A program made the translations under genes and the position numbers. A stretch of DNA of 64,000 nt from Coleofasciculus sp. B1-GNL1-01 (GTDB taxonomy: Bacteria > Cyanobacteriota > Cyanobacteriia > Cyanobacteriales > Coleofasciculaceae), in the NCBI GenBank assembly GCA_040220235.1, contig JAVJTO010000044.1; one strand, 5' to 3'. Under the pieces are notes generated by a model that was given only the letters and a program-made list of their open reading frames with translations, did not search any database and was not told the origin of the DNA. Positions within the stretch are counted from its first letter, which is position 1; the number at the start of each line of letters is the position of its first letter. Shown here piece after piece: positions 59,482 through 64,000 of the stretch.

Positions 59482-62400
59482 ATGATGACTCAACTTATGT
59501 ACCGTGGATGCTGGATGTTAGGGCTAGCCAGTGGTTTAACCCTAAGTGGGACAATCACTCTCATGGGGTTGTTCGCCAGTGCTTTTTGGGGAAAATGTGC
59601 TGTTGCTCAGATTACACCAGATACAAGTTTAGGGGCTGAGAGTTCTCGTGTCACGCCTGATGCTGAGGTGAAAGGGAAGCCAGCGGATTTGATTGAGGGG
59701 GGAGCAGCGCGAGGTGTCAATCTGTTTCACAGCTTTACTGAGTTCAATGTTGAGGAGTTACAACGGGTTTATTTTGCCAATCCAGCAGGGATTGAGACTA
59801 TTCTGTCGCGGGTAACTGGGGCAAATCCCTCGAATATTTTGGGAACCTTGGGAGTTGATGGTGCTGCCAATCTATTTTTACTCAATCCCCATGGGATTTT
59901 GTTTGGGTCGAATGCTCAACTGGATGTTGAGGGTTCGTTTGTGGCAACTACTGCTCATTCTATAGGGTTTGAGGATGGCTCATCGTTTAGTGCAGCAAAT
60001 CCAGAGGACTCATCGTTGTTAACGGTGAGTGTACCTTTGGGGTTGCAGTATGGGGCGAATCAAAGTGGAGAGATTGCCAATGCTGGAAATTTGGCAGTAG
60101 GGCAGGATTTGACGCTCTCGGCTGGAAATTTGGATTTACAGGGTCAACTCTATGCTGGGGGAGATTTGACCCTGGAAGCGCAAGATACGGTGCGGATCAG
60201 GGATAGCGTGGATGCACCTTTTATGGCAGCAGCGAGAGGACAGTTGTGGGTGCAGGGGAATCAAGGGGTGGATATTTTTGCCCTCAATCATCCCGATAGT
60301 GGGTTGTTTTCTGGTGGGAATATGGTGCTGCGAAGTGCGGCTCAAGTGGGGGGAGATGCTCACTATTGGAGTGGGGGCAGTTTTCGCATAGAGCGGTTGG
60401 ATGGGAGTTTGGGGGATTTGGAGAGTCTCAATGACCCGGTGATTCGGACGATGGGAGATGTGTTGATTGGTGCTTACCAGGGAAGTTCTCTGCATATTGT
60501 AGCTGGGGGTAAGGTGGAGATTCCTGGCTTTGTCTTTATTACTGGGGCAGACCCCACCAATGGTTTACAGGAAACTGTTACCTTATCGGATGGCACGACT
60601 ATAAATATTGACGGTAGAAGCGAACCGACGTTGGATATTCGGGCGGGAGTAGACCCAAGTGCGATCGGAGTTCCATTTTTCTCTGGAACTGGTAATGATT
60701 TTTTCTTCCCTCCTTTAGATTTTCCGAATACCCCAACCAGTGCAGACATCACTATCGGCGATATCTTGGTCTTTGACCTCACCGATGGGGGCAAAGTTTT
60801 GTTGACGAATCAGTATCAGCCGAACTTAGCACTAGACACCCCCAACGGTATTACTGTTGGCTCGATTGACGCAAGAGATATTTTTGGCGGGGGTTCTGTC
60901 TTTATTGATTCTCGCAGCAGTATTACTCTTAATGGCACAGTTAGTGCCTCTGCCTTTGAGCTTTCTGATACTTACTTTGGCGATGGTGGCGATGTCAGGC
61001 TAAAGGCTGAGGGTGATATTACTCTCAATCGGGGGGCTAATGTCTTTTCCAGTGGTTTATTGGGAGGGAATATCACCTTCAACAGCGAGGGGGACATTTC
61101 TATTGCAGAAAGTGTGGGGACCGCGAGCTTTACCAATGTAGCGGGTGTTACAGGGGGTGAGATTCAGGTGACGGCTAAGTCCCTCTTCTTGACCGAGGGG
61201 GCGACACTAGGTACCCTTACCTTTGGGGCTGGGAATGCGGGTGTGGTGAAGATTACCACGACTAATTCAGTGCGCTTGGATGGGCAATCGAGCGATGGAT
61301 CTGCCAGTGGTGTCTTCAGTCAGGTGCTTCCTGGAGCTGAGGGGAACTCGGAAGGGATTGAGCTGACCACTGCCTCCTTGGAACTAACTAATGGCGCTCA
61401 AGTGAGTGCTTCTACCTTCGGGGTTGGGGATGCGGGTGCAGTTAAAATTACCGCTACCGATTCGGTGCGCTTGGATGGGGAATCGAGTGATGGAATTATC
61501 AGCAGTGGTATATTCAGTCAGGTGGCTCCTGGAGCTGAGGGGAACTCTGGGGGGATTGAGCTGACAACTGTCTCCTTGGAACTGACTAATGGTGCTCGAG
61601 TGAGTGCCTCTACTCTTGGGGTTGGGGATGCGGGTGCAGTTAAAATTACCGCCACTGATTCGGTACGCTTGGATGGGGAAAAAAGCAATGGATTTTCCAG
61701 TCGTGTAGTCAGCCAGGTAACTTCTGGAGCTGAGGGGAATTCTGGGGGAATTGAACTAACAACTGCCTCCTTAGAACTGACCAATGGCGCTCAAGTGAGT
61801 GCTTCTACCTTCGGGGTTGGGGATGCGGGTGTAGTTAAAATTACCGCCACTGATTCAGTGCGCTTGGATGGGGAACCAAGCGATGGAATTCCCAGTGGTG
61901 TATTCAGTCAGGTGGTTTCGGGAGCCGAGGGGAACTCTGGGGGAATTGAGCTGACAACTGCCTCCTTGGAACTGACCAATGGTGCTCAAGTGAATGCCTC
62001 TACTGGCGGAGTTGGAGATGCGGGTGCGGTGAAGATTACCGCTACCGATTCGGTGCGCTTGGATGGGCAAGACAGCGATGGATTTACCAGTAATATATCC
62101 AACCAGGTGATTCCTGGAGCTGAGGGGAACTCTGGGGGAATTGAACTAACAACTGCCTCCTTGGAACTGACTAATGGTGCTCAAATGAGTGCTTCTACCT
62201 TCGGGGTTGGGGATGCGGGTGCGGTGAAGATTACCGCTACCGATTCGGTGCACTTGGATGGGGAATCAAGCGATGGATTTCCCAGTAATATATCCAACCA
62301 GGTGGCTCCTGGAGCTGAGGGGAACTCTGGGGGAATTGAACTAACAACTGCCTCCTTGGAACTGACTAATGGTGCTCAAATGAGTGCTTCTACTCTTGGG

Positions 62401-63879
62401 GTTGGGGATGCGGGTGCAGTTAAAATTACCGCTACCGATTCGGTGCGCTTGGATGGGGAAGACAGCGATGGATTTTCCAGTCGTGTATCTAGTACGGTGG
62501 AGCCGGGAGCTGAGGGGAATTCGGAGGGGATTGAACTAACAACTGCCTCCTTAGAACTGACCAATGGTGCTGGAGTGGCTGCCTCTACCTTCGGGTTGGG
62601 GAATGCGGGTGCAGTTAAAATTACCGCCACTGATTCCGTCCGATTGGATGGAGAATCAAGCGATGGAATTCCCAGTGGTGTATTTAGTACAGTGGAGCCG
62701 GGAGCTAAGGGGAATTCGGAGGGGATTGAACTAACAACTGCCTCCCTGGAACTCACCAATGGCGCTGTAGTGGATGCCTCTACCGATGGGGTTGGGAATG
62801 CGGGTGCGGTGAAAATTACCGCCACTGATTCGGTGCGGCTGGATGGGGAATCGAGCGATGGAATTATCAGCAGTGGTGTCTTCAGCGCGGTGGCTCCTGG
62901 AGCTGAGGGGAATTCAAAAGGGATTGAGCTAACAACCCCTTCCCTAGAACTGACCAATGGTGCTCAAGTGAATGCCAGTACCTTTGGAGGAGGAAATGCT
63001 GGTGATATCTCGGTGCGAGATGCTCAATCGGTCTTCCTAGACAACAATAGCTCTATTTCCACGGCGGTCAACCCTGATGCCAAAGGCATTGGTGGCGATA
63101 TTGATATCCAAACCGACTCCCTTTCCCTGGAAAATAATTCCCAGATATCGGCTCAGAGTCAAGGACAAAGCAGAGCTGGCAACATTACCCTCAAAGTCTC
63201 AGACACCTTAACCGCGACTGACAGCGATATTATTACCGCCACCACGCAATCTGCTGGAGGCGCTATCGACATCACAGCTCAAGACATTCGTCTGCGCGGT
63301 GACAGTGACATCACTACCAGTGTCTTCAGTGGTGCCGACAATGGTGGTAATATCACCATCACCACCGACTCCCTGATTGCCTTCGCTGACAGCGACATCC
63401 TCGCCTTTGCCCGTGATGGTCGAGGCGGCGATATTACCTTCAAGACCCCTGTTTTCTTCGGCTTTGCCTTCCGTCCAGCCCCCAAAGGCACCGACCCAGC
63501 TACTTTAGATAATAATAATCGAGTTGATATCAATGCCAGTGGAGCAGTCGATGGAGTCATCACCTTACCCAACCTTGACTTTATCCAAAACAGCCTGACT
63601 GAGTTACCCGAAAATCTAATTGATACCGACAATCTGCTTGCCAATAGCTGCATTGTCCGAAGCGATGAACAAGAGGGAACATTCATCATAACGGGTGCTG
63701 GGAACTTACCCACCCGTCCTGGTGACGCTTCAGCCTTACCTTATCCCACTGGAGAGGTACGCGCTGTACCGAGTGAGAGTTCCTCTCGTCCTTGGCAGAA
63801 GGGGGACCCAATTGTAGAACCAACTGGGGTGTATCAACTGCCAAATGGACAGTTAGTGATGGCGCGGGAGTGTTCGTGA
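59482..63879 (+). CDS. Filamentous haemagglutinin / TpsA-like exoprotein
   Basis: AQITPD, NLFHSF.EF, NLFLLNPHGILFG secretion domain; beta-helix repeats; cyanobacterial C-terminus (SC...F..TG.G.LP..P; IVEPTG.Y..PNGQLV). Confidence 0.92.
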   Translation: MMTQLMYRGCWMLGLASGLTLSGTITLMGLFASAFWGKCAVAQITPDTSLGAESSRVTPDAEVKGKPADLIEGGAARGVNLFHSFTEFNVEELQRVYFANPAGIETILSRVTGANPSNILGTLGVDGAANLFLLNPHGILFGSNAQLDVEGSFVATTAHSIGFEDGSSFSAANPEDSSLLTVSVPLGLQYGANQSGEIANAGNLAVGQDLTLSAGNLDLQGQLYAGGDLTLEAQDTVRIRDSVDAPFMAAARGQLWVQGNQGVDIFALNHPDSGLFSGGNMVLRSAAQVGGDAHYWSGGSFRIERLDGSLGDLESLNDPVIRTMGDVLIGAYQGSSLHIVAGGKVEIPGFVFITGADPTNGLQETVTLSDGTTINIDGRSEPTLDIRAGVDPSAIGVPFFSGTGNDFFFPPLDFPNTPTSADITIGDILVFDLTDGGKVLLTNQYQPNLALDTPNGITVGSIDARDIFGGGSVFIDSRSSITLNGTVSASAFELSDTYFGDGGDVRLKAEGDITLNRGANVFSSGLLGGNITFNSEGDISIAESVGTASFTNVAGVTGGEIQVTAKSLFLTEGATLGTLTFGAGNAGVVKITTTNSVRLDGQSSDGSASGVFSQVLPGAEGNSEGIELTTASLELTNGAQVSASTFGVGDAGAVKITATDSVRLDGESSDGIISSGIFSQVAPGAEGNSGGIELTTVSLELTNGARVSASTLGVGDAGAVKITATDSVRLDGEKSNGFSSRVVSQVTSGAEGNSGGIELTTASLELTNGAQVSASTFGVGDAGVVKITATDSVRLDGEPSDGIPSGVFSQVVSGAEGNSGGIELTTASLELTNGAQVNASTGGVGDAGAVKITATDSVRLDGQDSDGFTSNISNQVIPGAEGNSGGIELTTASLELTNGAQMSASTFGVGDAGAVKITATDSVHLDGESSDGFPSNISNQVAPGAEGNSGGIELTTASLELTNGAQMSASTLGVGDAGAVKITATDSVRLDGEDSDGFSSRVSSTVEPGAEGNSEGIELTTASLELTNGAGVAASTFGLGNAGAVKITATDSVRLDGESSDGIPSGVFSTVEPGAKGNSEGIELTTASLELTNGAVVDASTDGVGNAGAVKITATDSVRLDGESSDGIISSGVFSAVAPGAEGNSKGIELTTPSLELTNGAQVNASTFGGGNAGDISVRDAQSVFLDNNSSISTAVNPDAKGIGGDIDIQTDSLSLENNSQISAQSQGQSRAGNITLKVSDTLTATDSDIITATTQSAGGAIDITAQDIRLRGDSDITTSVFSGADNGGNITITTDSLIAFADSDILAFARDGRGGDITFKTPVFFGFAFRPAPKGTDPATLDNNNRVDINASGAVDGVITLPNLDFIQNSLTELPENLIDTDNLLANSCIVRSDEQEGTFIITGAGNLPTRPGDASALPYPTGEVRAVPSESSSRPWQKGDPIVEPTGVYQLPNGQLVMARECS
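61220..63000 (+). repeat. ~9 intragenic tandem repeats of 195-198 bp (65-66 aa)
   Basis: The GA(E/K)GNS unit recurs at 61333, 61531, 61726, 61921, 62116, 62311, 62506, 62701 and 62899. Confidence 0.95.
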
Positions 63880-63946
63880 AGTACCCCAACTTGCGAGAGC
63901 TCTTATTTGGGGCTTCCAACCCTCTTGAGCATCGTGCCTTAGAAGG

Positions 63947-64000
63947 TAAGCTGTCATGCATTTAAATTGGGAATGGGTAGCGAGCAAGATGCAAAGCCTG
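63947..64000. mobile_element. Left end of MITE identical to 29907..29960 (cut by the window edge)
   Basis: taagctgtcatgcatttaaattgggaatgggtagcgagcaagatgcaaagcctg. Confidence 0.8.

Noticed and set aside
62376..62957. 193-aa antisense ORF (and similar ones at 61518 and 63279)
   Set aside because: Shadow frames of the repetitive haemagglutinin gene.
1..64000. tRNA/rRNA genes, integrase, reverse transcriptase
   Set aside because: None recognised by eye or in the ORF track; a tRNAscan/HMM run would be needed to exclude them formally.

Overview
Cyanobacterial chromosomal window. The evidence is abundant HIP1 GCGATCGC sites, GTAG-REP palindromes and ictB/gghA/glgB/metK; a filamentous taxon is an inference. 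Housekeeping and signalling genes flank a ~12 kb accessory island (7.4-19.4 kb). The island holds a Trypco-trypsin / iSTAND / MoxR / vWA conflict system ending in an FGE-sulfatase (CLec-fold) gene with diversity-generating retroelement (DGR) target hallmarks: an AAY-derived variable region, a GC hairpin and a truncated avd. No RT or template repeat is visible in the window. The island also carries two RelE/ParE TA modules (one toxin frameshifted), a 430-bp tandem duplication of an XRE gene with a covarying RNA-like hairpin and distinct operators, an orphan C-protein with a C-box, and a decayed second target copy whose variable region is deleted in frame. An uncharacterised, translationally coupled two-gene module (~70 aa + 128 aa, conserved Cys) occurs twice, at 12.2-12.8 kb and 58.7-59.3 kb, each time inside a putative conflict locus. 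Other features: a TnpB-only IS between a promoter and metK, a perfect CIRCE in front of a Ser/Thr kinase-AAA gene, a CcaS/RcaE-like GAF in a hybrid kinase, and a CHASE2/DUF928/CHAT/filamentous-haemagglutinin cluster. All family calls come from motif recognition by eye; no database searches were run.
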